Position numbers and translations under genes: made by a program. This document shows positions 22,241 through 34,831 of a stretch of DNA of 64,000 bases, one piece after another. Source of the stretch: Hydrolagus affinis (taxonomy: Eukaryota); the NCBI GenBank assembly GCA_012026655.1, contig JAAILG010000177.1, positions 62,001-126,000 of the forward strand. Direction: 5' to 3'. Each line of letters opens with the position of its first letter. The stretch's first letter is position 1. Under the pieces are notes generated by a model, which was not told the origin of the DNA, made no database searches, and worked only from the letters and a program-made list of their open reading frames with translations.

Positions 22241-23952
22241 AAATTTGACATAAACATAACAACCCAATGTATCTAACCCTCTCTTACACTCTACTCAACC
22301 TTGGCAATGCTGTGTCCAATCCACCCATGTATTTCAACTATGCTTCTCAATTTTAAAACAGTTACACCATGAAGAGCTTGGGAAATTATTTTTCACAAAT
22401 AAAATTACACAACTTTTTAATAATTAACAATAAACAAATACTTGGTGTGTGAGGAATTAAAAACAGAGTTGAGGTAGCTATCTGGTTGGACAGAGAGGTT
22501 GAAGGCTATGAAGAGAAACACAGATAGAGATGAAATGCTGCCTCCTAAATTATTGCAATCTTGGAAACATCATGATTGGTTGGAGACAGTCAGGAAAGAG
22601 TAATTTAAGGCATAAAATTAAATAGATTTTGTTTGATTTACTTATCAAAGGCGGTGGTGGGGCTGGAAGACAAACTGATTAACATTTCTCAGGAAGTAAA
22701 TATTTAGGATAGAGTCTGTCAAACCTTTTAACATACAAAAATATACATTTCTGTCCTCAAATTCCCTCTCAGAGATGCAGAGAAATTTCTTCATCCTCAT
22801 GTACAAGAGGTAGAGCAATTGATCAAGGGTCATAGAATTTTGTAGCCACAAAAAGCCAGAGGTACAATAACAGCAACAACAACAAAATTACATTTGTATA
22901 GTGGCTTTCACGTCATGAGGACATCCCAGTTACTTCTTCAGAGGCACATTCACTGTATACATCAATGAACAATCAGGATCCCTGCGATCACAAATGCAAT
23001 GTCTTGCCATTTTTATCATTCTTACTCCAAAAAACAGGGTGTGATATTGGACCCACAGAAACATGTGTCTCAATGAAACTTTTGGAGTTGATTTCGTGTT
23101 CCAAATTAAAAGTTCTAATGGATCTTCAATAATGTCTCCAGTTTAATGTCAATTGCGATCATTCTCTACGATCAAGAAGAACATCCTTCTTTTCAGTTCT
23201 GTGAGGAAACTCTCAGTCTCATCCTCAGCAAGCAAACATCGGTACCTACATTGCTCTTAATCCATGACCAATCTCTTCACTCATTTTTGATTCTAAAAGT
23301 GTTTGGATTCCTCCCCCCATCCCTCCCCTCACCCAAAAAATAAAGGTGTGTTTTTTTTCCAAAGGAAATAATTCACAAGTTGATGGAACCCATTCACTAC
23401 TTGTTCCACGTCGGTCGTGATTCCCACCATGAAATCATGCCGAATGGAAGAAAAGATCGATTTTATTATCTGCGACATTTCTTGGTTACTGATCTCAGTC
23501 ATGCGACTTAACAGTAAAGCAAAAGGAGCCTATCACTAGGACTAATATTGTCCATCTCCCAGCATCAACATCCAGAACAGCGGCGGCTATGAGGTTTTAC
23601 TGATCTCCTGTCTGCTGTTTATGCCTCGGCCAGGGGAAGACCTCAAAAACAGAGGGAGCAACAAAGACTCAAAAAGAAGGCATCTGCTTTCACTAAAGAA
23701 ACATGTGCTTTCACTATAGAACCATGCACCCTCACTGTGGAGACCCCACAGACTCTCACTAAGGAGAAATGGGCTCGTACAACCCAATGCCACTTCAGCC
23801 CAGTAAGATAAAGCAGCGTGTTGATATCACTGACAGCAAGGGTAGCAGTTTGCCTCATGACGCAAGTTACTTTCGCACTGATCTTACAGATGGGCAACGG
23901 TACATTTGCTGCCTGCGGGATTTAAAACACCATCTGCAGCAGTCAAATACAT

Positions 23953-23967
23953 ACACTAGATGGCGCT
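23953..23967 (+). promoter_or_regulatory. Candidate CTCF site
   Basis: aCACTAGATGGCGCt fits the CTCF core with one mismatch. Motif match only. Confidence 0.35.
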
Positions 23968-24854
23968 GTTTCCTAAGCTTCCTATGGACTCTTGCACACC
24001 CCTGATATTTTCCATCCAAATTTTTGACTGTCATGTTGACTCGCTCACCCACTGACACAATGAAAAACATCAAATTGACATGGAATTACGGGTCGTCTGT
24101 TTGATCACATGATTAAAAAGCTTTACAATTAATTGTAATTATCTAGATTGGTTTGTTTCTGCAGTAAATCAAAATTATTTGTCACCCGCACTCTACAAAC
24201 ATTCCACGATTTAGTCATAAAATCTCATCATATCCCATTACTACTGATATAATCGTGTATCAAGCAGCCTATTATGTTCCTAATAGCTCAAGTGAATGTT
24301 GATGTTTCCATGGTCCAAATCTGCTGAAGAGCAGGAACTTGTGGTCAAAGTTATACCCTCTTCCAAATGAACCACAATAAATCTGTTCAATTCAGGCATT
24401 CATCCCTGTATGGAAATTTGCTCATGCAGATTAGCCTGGATCACAACAGTCACTGCATGTTAAAGCAATTCACTAACTGCAGCCCCTTTGACGTTTCGAT
24501 CAGACTGAAGTATCACTGTACTTCAAATCAGAATTATCCGAAATAATTCATACCACTGATTCTAACATTCTGTCATGTGTACTAGCAGAATCTGCAGTAC
24601 TGAAGACAATATCACTTGTGGTTCCCCAACCAGGGACATGGCGATTTGGGGAGAAAAGTACTTTTGTTGAGGAAGAGAGGAAACATTGGAGAGCAAATCA
24701 AGCAGATTTTAACGTGTATCCCAAAGAGTGGGTGACCGCAGAGCTGGATTAGTACAGGCACGGGAGGATTGCCATCTACCCACATTTCCTATAGTTTAGA
24801 TATGGTTGGGTCAATGTTGTACCCCAGACAGAAGAACATTTCCTTTAAACATGT

Positions 24855-25110
24855 AATAATATTCCTTGCATTTGATATAGCACAGTATCACTACTGTGTT
24901 TTCCTAGGCAAACATGACAGACAATTTACATACAGCATTAGCCCACAAACAGCCATGAAGTGAATGAACAATTTTTTCTCGGGTATTGTTGGCCATGCCA
25001 CAAGGAAATATGCCCTTCTGTTTTATAGTGTCATGAGATTTTTAACGATCCCTTGAACAGATAAACAAGACATTGGTTTAACATCTCATCTGAAGGGTGG
25101 GAGCTCCAAT
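24855..25110 (-). mobile_element. Old Deu-domain SINE
   Basis: Tail ccttgcatttgatatagc plus cccacaaacagccatgaagtgaatg and core ggtttaacatctcatctgaagg. Confidence 0.7.
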
Positions 25111-28046
25111 AAAGACAAGCTGATACCATCGGTATCCCACAGTTGCTGATCAAAATAAGGGCACATTTTGAGCTTCATCTCGAGCTTTGAAAGTGTTAGT
25201 TTTTCTTTCCATGCCAAGCTTAAGCAGAGTGCTGGAGATTGTCTTGTGATGGATAACCCATTTACTTGAACAGAGCAGCAAATTAATAACTAAAAACTAC
25301 ATCCTGCATCTTAAGACCCAGTGAACTACAAAGTGTTCTGTGATAATTATCACTGGTGAAATTATTACATTGTCAAAAATTCTCTCTTTCTCCCATTGAC
25401 ATTTCTTCTGATGTCCAGTATTCAGCTACAGTCAAAAACCTCTCCCCCCCACCCCAGCCCTCCCACAACTTCTGCACTTCTGTTGGATCCTTGGCAACCA
25501 CTGAACTTCCCTCCTTGCATTTCACTGCCAGTTCTCAAGATTGCCAACTTAACTCAAGTTTAAAAGTACAATTTGGTTCTACCCAGCTGTTAGTTTCAAT
25601 GTTTGGCACAATAGAGTACTATTACATCAAGCACTTACAAAAAACATTGGTTGTGAAATCTCATGAGACACCGTACCTTAACTGTACCACAGGAAATAAT
25701 GAAAATCAAACAATGTTCAATTTTTCATTTGTGAAATACAATTGTGCTGCGACATAATTATTCTGATGTAAGGTTTGCCTTCACCCCCAACAACCGCCCT
25801 TTCCTGATAAATGCTTTTGTTTCCTCTCTTACTTCAGCTTTCCACACCATTATCATCCATCATTCCTTGCCTGAGAGGTTGGACATGAGATCTGCCCCAG
25901 GCCTCTGCCAATGCAGCATGTAAGTGACTGCTAGAAGCTGTGTGCGAGCTTTGTAGGTCAATGCCTCTGTTCAGCAACTGCCTCTGAAGGTCCAGCCAAG
26001 GTTGGGTACTTGCAGTTTGGGCGGTTGCGGAGATAACACTAGGTTACTCATAAAGACCACCTTATCATTAAATATTGGTTGGTCATTGGGGTGAAGAAAA
26101 TGTAGTGAAGTCACATTAAAGGTCAGAATCCGAACCTACTCCAAGACTTAGTGGGTAAAAATGATGGTCAGTCTGGCACCAGCAATACAAGGCGGAGGTT
26201 GCAGGATTTAATCCTGGTCTGTACTGAGTTTGCTGATCTCATCCAAGGCAGCGATTGGAGTGTTCCGAGTAACTATACAGTGACCTCTGCTGAAAGTTGG
26301 CACCTATGTGGACATCAAAGGGCTGAAATTCCAGTTGCTGTTATCTCTAAGGACTTAACTACGGCGACTAGAATGCAGAAACCCCACTGCAGACAACAAT
26401 GGCAATCATGCAACGTGCAAAACAGAATGGAATTTCAGCCCACTGAAGAGGACAAGTTTGTGTACAGTTACAGTCCTTCTCCTCCTTCCTTAAATCCCAT
26501 CTAGGGTTTGTGGGCCAATACCCTAGCAAGCACCAGTACCTTCGGTTACATCGGGAAATTTGGTAATAAAAAAGAGAAATTATCGTTAAGCTACAAGACT
26601 GCAGGGCGAAATACTGAAAGACAAGCATTAAAAGATCTGAGAGCACAGCGAGAAATCAAACCTTACAATCTTGTTACACGTCAATGCACGCAGCTGCTAA
26701 AACAATTACATTCTAAATGTTTGAAAAATGGTTTGAATAAATATTATATTTTGAAATGCCAGCTCATATATTAGATTGCAAGAAAGAAAACTGATACCTT
26801 TGGAAATTGCAAATTATGTATTTTTTCCCACAAGAAACGTAAGCACAGTTTTAGAATTGGAGAGGCATTCACTATCAGAGAGGAATCACTACTGGCTTTA
26901 AGGTAATAAATAAAAATCGTACACAGTAGATGATAAGTGGCATTTGGATTTGCTTCCAACTTTCAAAAAAATATCACTTCAAAGATGATCTGCCTTTGGA
27001 TAATGATATCTGCTGTGTGCTCCTCTGGTTCAAATTTCAAATTCAATTTAGATGTGCAATTCAGAGGGTTGTTCATTCAACATTATTAAAGCGGGTAATA
27101 TTAATGTAAGTCTGTATTTGTGTTGATGTTTTCAAGGTTAAATGCATTAAGTTTCAATTCATAATCCCTGTCTTTGTCTCCTCTGCACTGATGTCGTCGA
27201 AAGATTGGAAAAAAAATCATTGGAAGGTCATTGCAATTACTCACTGGTCGATTGTGGTATGCCCTTCATCAAAAATGGCTCTGTAATTCCAAGCTGTGAA
27301 ACATTTATGTCCTTCTGCACTTTAATTGCTTATTTTCTAATACAGCAATGATTGTAATGTTAATTTGTCCTTATTTTGAAAAATAATTATCCCATTTTGT
27401 TCCCCAAAAGATAATTACAAAAACACTAGAAAGTGCATTGTAAATTGCAAAATACGGCTGAAATAATGACACTGCGGTGCGGTTACGGATTTTCCAAGAT
27501 GTGTGTGGGTCTAACATGCTCTCTTGAAATCAGGTGCAAAGTTATTCGCAATTGTACATCTTTCTGTCTAGGGTGAGGAAAGGATTCAAGAAAGGGTGAT
27601 GACATTTTTGCTTCCTTGTTAATTTATTTTGGAATCAAGAGAAATCTGATTGCTGTTTGAACCAAAAGCAGGTGCAGAGATTGTGAAAATAAATGAGCCC
27701 CAAATTACATGTTAGACTGCAAGTGAAAAAGACCTGGAGGAATGACAAAAAACACTTCAATCATGCCTGATGCAGGACAAAGGGTAGGCTGGGTAAAGTC
27801 AAAAGGTCCTTGAGTATCATTAGAGCAGACTCAATCATAGTTGTGTGTTTGGCTGTGACTTCTCAGCTCCTCAGAACAGAGATTGTTATGGGTTTGGGAG
27901 GTACGGAAACAGGAGATCAAAGAGCTGCTGAAATAACCTTTGAAAGTTTAGTTGCCTGTAACATATGTTCCTCACTAACTATTGCTGAGACTGCAGCTGT
28001 ACACTATATGCTGAAGGTGATGCAGAGCTATCTCAAACAGGCAGAT

Positions 28047-28292
28047 CAGGGTGAAACCTTGGGCAGGTTTCTTTACTCCACACACCTAATAATAATCCGT
28101 CCAAAAAACCCACAATAATAGAAATTGGTCATTTCAATCCACAGCTGTTTGTGGGACACTGCTGTGTGTAATTGGGTGCTGCGTTTCGCCCACAAATATA
28201 TAGTCAATTCACTTTACAGTATATTCTGTGAAGTGCTTCGAGACGTCAATAAGATGTGAAAAGCGCTATATCAAATGCAAGGATTATTATTA
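28047..28292 (+). mobile_element. 5'-truncated tRNA-SINE
   Basis: High similarity to 4088-4329. Confidence 0.88.
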
Positions 28293-28375
28293 AAACACAC
28301 GCGCCTGTGAACGACTGCTAGTGTCCCCCAAAACAGCACACTTCCCACAACTTCCATGAGGAAAATCAGGTCCAA

Positions 28376-28745
28376 AAACAACAACAATAACAACTTAAAC
28401 TTATAAAGCGCGTTTCACGTCGGGAGGACGTCCCAAGGCGTTGCACAGGAGGCGTGTGACCCGAGCTGGGAGGGGAGTGTTCGGGAAGGGGTGAAACACG
28501 TAGGGGAGGTCGAAAGGTTCGGTGGGAAACAAAAGGCACGTTCGAAGAGGAAAGTCTTCAAACCGGCCTTGAAAGAGGAAAGGGAAGAAACAAAGGCGGA
28601 GGGATTGGGGGATGGAATTCCACAGAGTGGGAGCGGAGAAAATGAAGGCCCGGCCTCTGATGGTGGGGCGGTTTGGGTGGGGGGCTTGGAGCAGGCCAAG
28701 TCCTGCTGAACGGAGGGTCCGGGTGGGCATATAGGGGGGAGAGTA
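28376..28745 (-). mobile_element. Young L2 LINE 3' fragment
   Basis: ORFs 28401..28730 and 28415..28762 give RTLRS...GRAFIFSAPTLWNSIP and SLSSFKAGLKTFLF. (TTG)n tail; CpGs largely intact. Confidence 0.92.
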
Positions 28746-29109
28746 AAAAGATCAAACCACATTGAACATTAAATGTATACAATCTGGGTGTATGAGCAGA
28801 TTTCAGCTCCTTTGAAAGCAACGCTAGAAAATAGCTGGACAAGAACATCACAGTGTAGGTGTGGTTTATAGGTTCATAGTGACAGAAATAATTTAAAACT
28901 ACAGAGAGACATTCATGCTCTATATAAACCTGTCACAGAAGTGATCAGCTTCATGCCTTTAGGGTGTCCTTTACATTCCACAAATGCCAATAACTGGATA
29001 AGGACAAGGGCACCTCTCCCGTGAAGGTTCCGCCTCAGTTCAATTGCCAGCTCCCAATATCCACATTCGTACATTCAAACTGATTTGATGTTCGTACAAA
29101 AAAGGAAGT

Positions 29110-29655
29110 GGGGGTCCTGTAGCCCAGTGGTTAGACCACTCGCCTTCCAAATGAGAGACCCGGGTTCGATTCCCAGCAAGGCAAAACCTCGGGCAAAATC
29201 TTCAGTGCCTTGCGACTTCCTCCCGATATGACAGGCGCTCTATAAATGTAATTTTGTTGTTGTTGAGCAAGTTTCCTTATTCCACACGCCTGATAATAAT
29301 CCCTAAAAACAATAATAAATTGGGCACTGCAATCCATGACTGTTTGTGGGACTAGCTATGAGCAACTGGCTGTCGCATTTCACCCACAAATACAGTCAAT
29401 TCACTTTACAGTATACAAAACACAAAATACTACAGATGCTGGGAATCTGAAACAAAAACAAAAGTTGTTGGGGAAACTCAGCAGGTCAGGCAGCATCCAT
29501 GGAGAAAGGAAAAAGAGTCAATGTTTCGGGTCTGCAACATTGGAATTTCAACTTTTGTTTTTGTTTCACTTTACAGTATATTCTGAGAAGTGCTTTGAGA
29601 CGTCAAAAAGATGTGAAACATGCTGTATCAAATGGAAAGATGATTATTATTATTA
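29110..29655 (+). mobile_element. Full-length tRNA-SINE interrupted by an L2 tail (about 29199-29265) and a Penelope-like fragment (29416-29564)
   Basis: A and B boxes at 29118-29175. The SINE body resumes after each insert. A 16-bp duplication ttcactttacagtata lies at 29400-29415 and 29565-29580. Confidence 0.88.
29416..29564. mobile_element. Penelope-like element terminal fragment with internal inversion
   Basis: aaatactacagatgctgggaatctgaaacaaaaacaaaagttgttggggaaactcagcaggtcaggcagcatc...gtttcgggtc resembles chondrichthyan Penelope terminal repeats (recalled, not searched). Flanked by a 16-bp TSD. Confidence 0.65.
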
Positions 29656-30910
29656 GAAAGCATGTGATGCGCCACATTCACACCTCAGACTCACACAAAC
29701 TTCCCATTGCATTGGGATTTTCCTGTTCTTGATAATATCTCTAACAAAGATGATCTTCCCTCCCAAACAAGAGATCAAGAGATTTTGTCATTTCAACAAA
29801 AGTTAAAAGTGCCTGCCCCAGGCAATCCTCTACCAATCTACTGCCTCCGCTCAAGGCTCCCATCTCAGAGCAAACTGAGAAAGTTAACATTGTGCTAGAT
29901 TAAATAATTAGAGTGCCTGCCAACTCTGAATAAAGTAATTGTTATGTTCACTTCATTTTGTTTTTTTTATTAAGGTAACAAAAGGTCCACATTTATTAAA
30001 TTGTTATCTTTGCAGATGCCTATGTAGTGCTAATGTCAACTCAATTATAGTCAAGGTAGCCTGTCAGGAATAGAGTCAAAGAAATAAAGTGGGTTACTTG
30101 GGTATTAGAATATTAAAAAAGCTAATTAAACCCTTGCTTTTTAAGCAAAGTTATGCTGAATGCTCTTGTCCTTGGTAGTCCTCGTCCTCACAAGAACCTA
30201 AAGCTCTGTGGCTTGCTGTTTGAGAGCAATTATTCTGTTAGCTGCAAAGGTCCTTTGTGAAATGGGTTTGGGTAGTTTCGACCGAGATGCTGATAGACCT
30301 GGGCCCACAGACAGAACTGGTAATTTGGTAAGAAATTGACACTCTTGTTCCAAGAGTCCACAGGATGACAGGTGTGGGAAGTGGAAAGTATCACACTGGT
30401 GTAAAGATCTCTTCTGAGATTTGGACTGAGGTACATTGTTGAAGTAGAACAGACAACCTTTGCTGTGGACCTAAGAAGTTTCAATCTGGCTTGACAACAG
30501 TAATTAGACGCCTCAAATGAAACATGTTCCATTCACAGCATCAACGTCCCTTCCTAAATTAGAGTTAAAATCATTCAACTTCTGAAATGGGCGGAAACCT
30601 CAATTCATGTTCGGTTACAACACTGAGAAAAAGGATACAGACATCCACTCCCCACTCCCACCCAACCCCCAAACTGGTAGTTCCACTGAAGAACACTAAA
30701 TCACCCTTTTAAAATGTTGGAAATCGGTTTTCCTTTCCAGAAACCTCTCTTCTACATTTGAATAATTATTCCTCATGTTTAGAAGTCAGAAACACGGCGG
30801 ATGTAGCCACAGAGCAGGAATTCTCCATGCCCTCTCACCTCTTCACTAACTCAACCTGTTACCTTTTGATTTGCTGACCCATCAATGGCTGCACTTACTC
30901 TTCCTGATGA

Positions 30911-30945
30911 CCTATAAACATCCTATAAACATCCCATAAACATCC
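30911..30945. repeat. 11-bp tandem repeat (ctataaacatc) x3
   Basis: cctataaacatcctataaacatcccataaacatccc. Confidence 0.8.
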
Positions 30946-31959
30946 CAGATCTTATTACTGTACTTTCTGTATGTTAGCAGGAGGAGAGGGTTCAACATAC
31001 TGTGCACGGAGGTAGGTTACATTCCCCTAATTAAAAGATTAATGAGGTGAAACTCCGCAGGACAATTTTTCTATGTTGAGGCGCAACACCATGAGTGGTC
31101 TATTGGGACAAGTTTAAATTAAAACAGGGTAACAAATAATAAAACCTTTCTTGGCACAAACTGATCACAAGAAGTGGGTGGGGGAAATCTAAACCCTGCG
31201 TACCACACAATCAAGTTTTGTCATAACATAGATTCTTTGCAAAACTAATTATTTCTGTTTGGTAGAATGCAAATTTCTCTAATAGCTTTCTTTATGCTGG
31301 TAGATTTGATTTTAATGCTGCCATCCCTTATGCCGCACTAAATAAGGTTTGAAAAACTGTCAGTCGCATTGGGTGACTAATTTTAGCATCATCCATTTCA
31401 AATAAATATGTAATATTCTGCATTTATAAAAAAAAATTCAACAGGAAGCCTCATTGCCATCTCCATACTTTTCTATCAATTTCCCTGCCACGCACCATTT
31501 GCGGTTTCAGCAGTAGAACACAAGACAACAGCTTGTGGATAAGGACAACAGCAAAAAAACTAATGTAGCATTTATCGTGTTATAGGTGAGTTCATTGGTA
31601 ATACTGTAGAAAATCAGTGAACAGGAATGATGAATAGTTATCTTAAGTATACATAACAATGAAATCTGCAAGGTGTGTAAATACATGGCAACAATTTCTA
31701 TTTCCTCATATATTTCAAACCTTATTTAAGTCCTTATTCCTATTCCATAGATTTTTTTTTTTTTAAAATGGGTTCTGCTCTGCATTTGATTGATTAAGAA
31801 TATTCAAACAAAATCAGAACCAGGTGTTATGAAATCATCCCAACCAACACACAATTAAAAGTCTAAATTTGTCAGTAATAATAATAGGGTTCGTATTCTA
31901 AAATGAAACTCTAATCTGAGTTTCAAAGGTTAAGGATGAAAAACCTGAAGTTGGAGTTT

Positions 31960-32190
31960 AACACAACACAATAGTTTGCATTTGTATAGTGCCTTTCATG
32001 TCAGGAGAATGTCTTAAGTGCACTGTTGGTTGGGAAGCTGAGCTGGGGGTGGGTTAGGGGTGGGGAGATGGTGGGCAGTGTGGGCGGGAAAGGGTGTGAA
32101 GGGGAAAGACGACACAAAGCAAGGTGGAAGAGGTAAGTCTTGAGGCAGGCTTTGAATGTGGGGAGAGGATGAGTGAGTCAGAGGATCCCA
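31960..32190 (-). mobile_element. Degenerate L2 3' fragment
   Basis: catttgtatagtgcctttcatgtcaggagaatgtc followed by a G-rich tract, as in the other L2 copies. Confidence 0.7.
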
Positions 32191-33034
32191 GGGAATTTAA
32201 TGGAACTGGAGATAGAATTGACTTGCAATGGAGTAAACTCCAAAATAAATTATTTTCAGTTTGAACATTATATGCAATTACACATTTGCCTGTATGAAGA
32301 TGTTTTAAAGATTTTGTTGATGCATGTTAGATGTGCTGAAAGACTAATGCAGTTGTTTGTGCTCCTTCTTATTTTAAACAGCACTAACGAGTTCAATAAA
32401 ACAAAAACTGCCACAAATTCAAAAGCTATGGTTGAAGAAAAAATCAAATACTGTAATAAGATAGAAAAGAAATACAATGTTTGAAAATGCGTAGAACACA
32501 AGGATTTCAATCTGATGCTCCCTTAGCTCTAAGCATTGTTGCTATAGGTAGTACTGGGAGAATGAGCAAAACTCTGGGTAGAGAAATATTTCCTGGCACG
32601 TTGCCTGAAATTGTTCTTAGCAACTCTAAACCTCTAAGCGCTCTGGGGCGCTACCCTGTATGAGGGGCGATATATACGTACGAGTCGATGCTGTTGTAAT
32701 CTCTTGTTGTACTGGCTCGGTCCTCATTGACACATTTACAGAACAAAACTGTCTAAAATGGGGACAAATCATCTTGCATGATATGATACTTTGTAAAGAA
32801 AGATGGCAATGTAATCTCTGACCTGAAGGTAAGAAATAAGCTAACAATGGATAGTATGTTTGCGCTACAAGGAATGCCATTGAGTGTTGCATGAGTGTTC
32901 ACTGAACTTGTGTTCTTTTGCAGAAAGAGCTGCATTTCTCCAGCTGTGTCTAGGACTCTACAGAAACTTTGGAATGAAGAAGGAGAATCAGTGGAGTTCC
33001 CTGCTGAACCAGCAAGGCTCCAGGACTCACTGTT

Positions 33035-33106
33035 CTATATATATATATATATATATACAGTATTTGGTATGTATTATATATACTGCGTATATATATATAT
33101 AATATA
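33035..33106. repeat. (TA)n microsatellite, interrupted
   Basis: Pure (TA) runs at about 33036-33057 and 33088-33101. Confidence 0.9.
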
Positions 33107-34524
33107 TTAGATGGAGTACACCACCACTTGTGTTGAATAAATAACTTTAGAATAGAAACCGCACTGGGCAAGTAGAAAGTGATCAGGTTATTTTATGCCT
33201 TGTTCTTGGTTAACAAAGAGCATTACAGTACTCATATTCCATGTACTATACGAACAACTGCAGGTAGGTTCTGGATGAAAGATACAATCCCCCTCCTGTG
33301 GTACCTTTGTTTATCAGCAATGCTGAAGCAATGGGTGAGCTTACGCAATACAACAGAAGAAGGATGAGACAGAGTTCTTAAAAAGGTGTTTAAACAACAG
33401 ATGCATGAACAGACTCACTCCCCCGTGACTTTATTGGCCTCTCAGGCATTGTTTGAAGTTGGAACATTATAAACATATATTACATGATTCAGCCTTCTCC
33501 TCTTTTTGATCTTACTGAATGCAATTTGTGCAATTAGACTGCGCATATCGCTGAACTACAAAGCTGGTGTGACCACTTTAAGCCCTTTTACTTAAAAGAA
33601 TGCAGGATCGCCAGATAATTTAGAATTAGTTCAAACACAATTCGGTCCTGAAGTGCCCCAGTGATAGGGGCAGAATACAACATTATTGGTGGCAACACGG
33701 GAAAAAGAATGTGTCATTGTGAGTTTGGTGAAGCTAGCTATGATAAAACATCGCTGGCCTCCGAAGCTGGCTGGCAAAGCTGATAGATAATAAACACCGC
33801 CAGTCAGCGAGTACCGGAGGGAACAATAGCACTTCTCTCCTCTTTGCTGATGTCCAGATGCACAGTGTGAGAAGCCACCTCAAGAGACAATCCAACAGTT
33901 TGTGGCGGCAGTAACAACAACAACAAATCACATATATGTGGCACTTTATATTTATACAGCAGCTGCAACAGAACAGCTATCTGGCTTAAAGAAAGTCCCA
34001 CCACCTTTCTACTACAGCAACCAACTATTTATTAAATGAGTGCAGAGTTCTGCCCTCTTCGACCTTTCCTGGTAAACACTTTGGAGCTGTTAATTATCTT
34101 CTGTGTGTAGAAATAATTCCTGATGGCTGTTCTGAAATTGTTCTTCACAACCCTGAACCTGTACCCTCTTGATCTGTTCCCTTAGCATGCCTGAAAATAT
34201 CATAGAGAACATATACTAGAATATCAAGACTATCTATTCCCTGCTCAATGCACAGTTTATCAAACTATATTACAGTAGTTCAATAACTATTTCTGAGGTT
34301 CTGAGGAAGATTATAATGGGAGCATGGATTTGAATGTGAAAGAGACACTTTTCCAAATGCAAATGAGCATTTTGGTGATAAATTGGTGGATTTTATGCCA
34401 AGGAGTAAACTCTACCACCGTTCCTATGTTTTCCTGCCTCCTCCCCTCCCTCCCTGCTCAATGACTGACACTTTTTCTGTTAAGCACTTTGTGACATTAC
34501 CCTGTGTAAAGGATGTTAATACCT

Positions 34525-34831
34525 AATAATAATAATCCTTGCATTTGATATAGTGGTTTACACGTCTTCTCGACGTCTCAAAGTGCTTCACAGAATATAC
34601 TGTAAAGTGAATTGAATGTATATTTGTGGGCGAAACAAGGCAGCTAATTTCGCACAGCAGTGAACCACAAACAGTCGTGGATTAAAATTACCAATTTATT
34701 ATAGTTTTTTTTTGACAGATTATTATTAGGCATGTGAAGGAAGGAAACTTGCTCAAGGTTTCGCCCTGCCTGGATTTGAACAGGTCTCACAATGGTAAGG
34801 CGAGTGCTCTAACCACTGAGGTACAGGACTC
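34525..34831 (-). mobile_element. Full-length tRNA-SINE
   Basis: Reverse complement runs from the head (gagtcctgtacctcagtggttagagcactcgcc) to the (ATT)n tail. Confidence 0.9.

Noticed and set aside
23681-23770. Repeat-spacer (CRISPR-like) interpretation of periodic repeats
   Set aside because: Eukaryotic context, degenerate tandem units without unique spacers, and no cas genes.
26195-26300. Possible additional old SINE-like fragments (here and at about 30380-30555)
   Set aside because: The resemblance is from memory only and too degenerate to name or bound.
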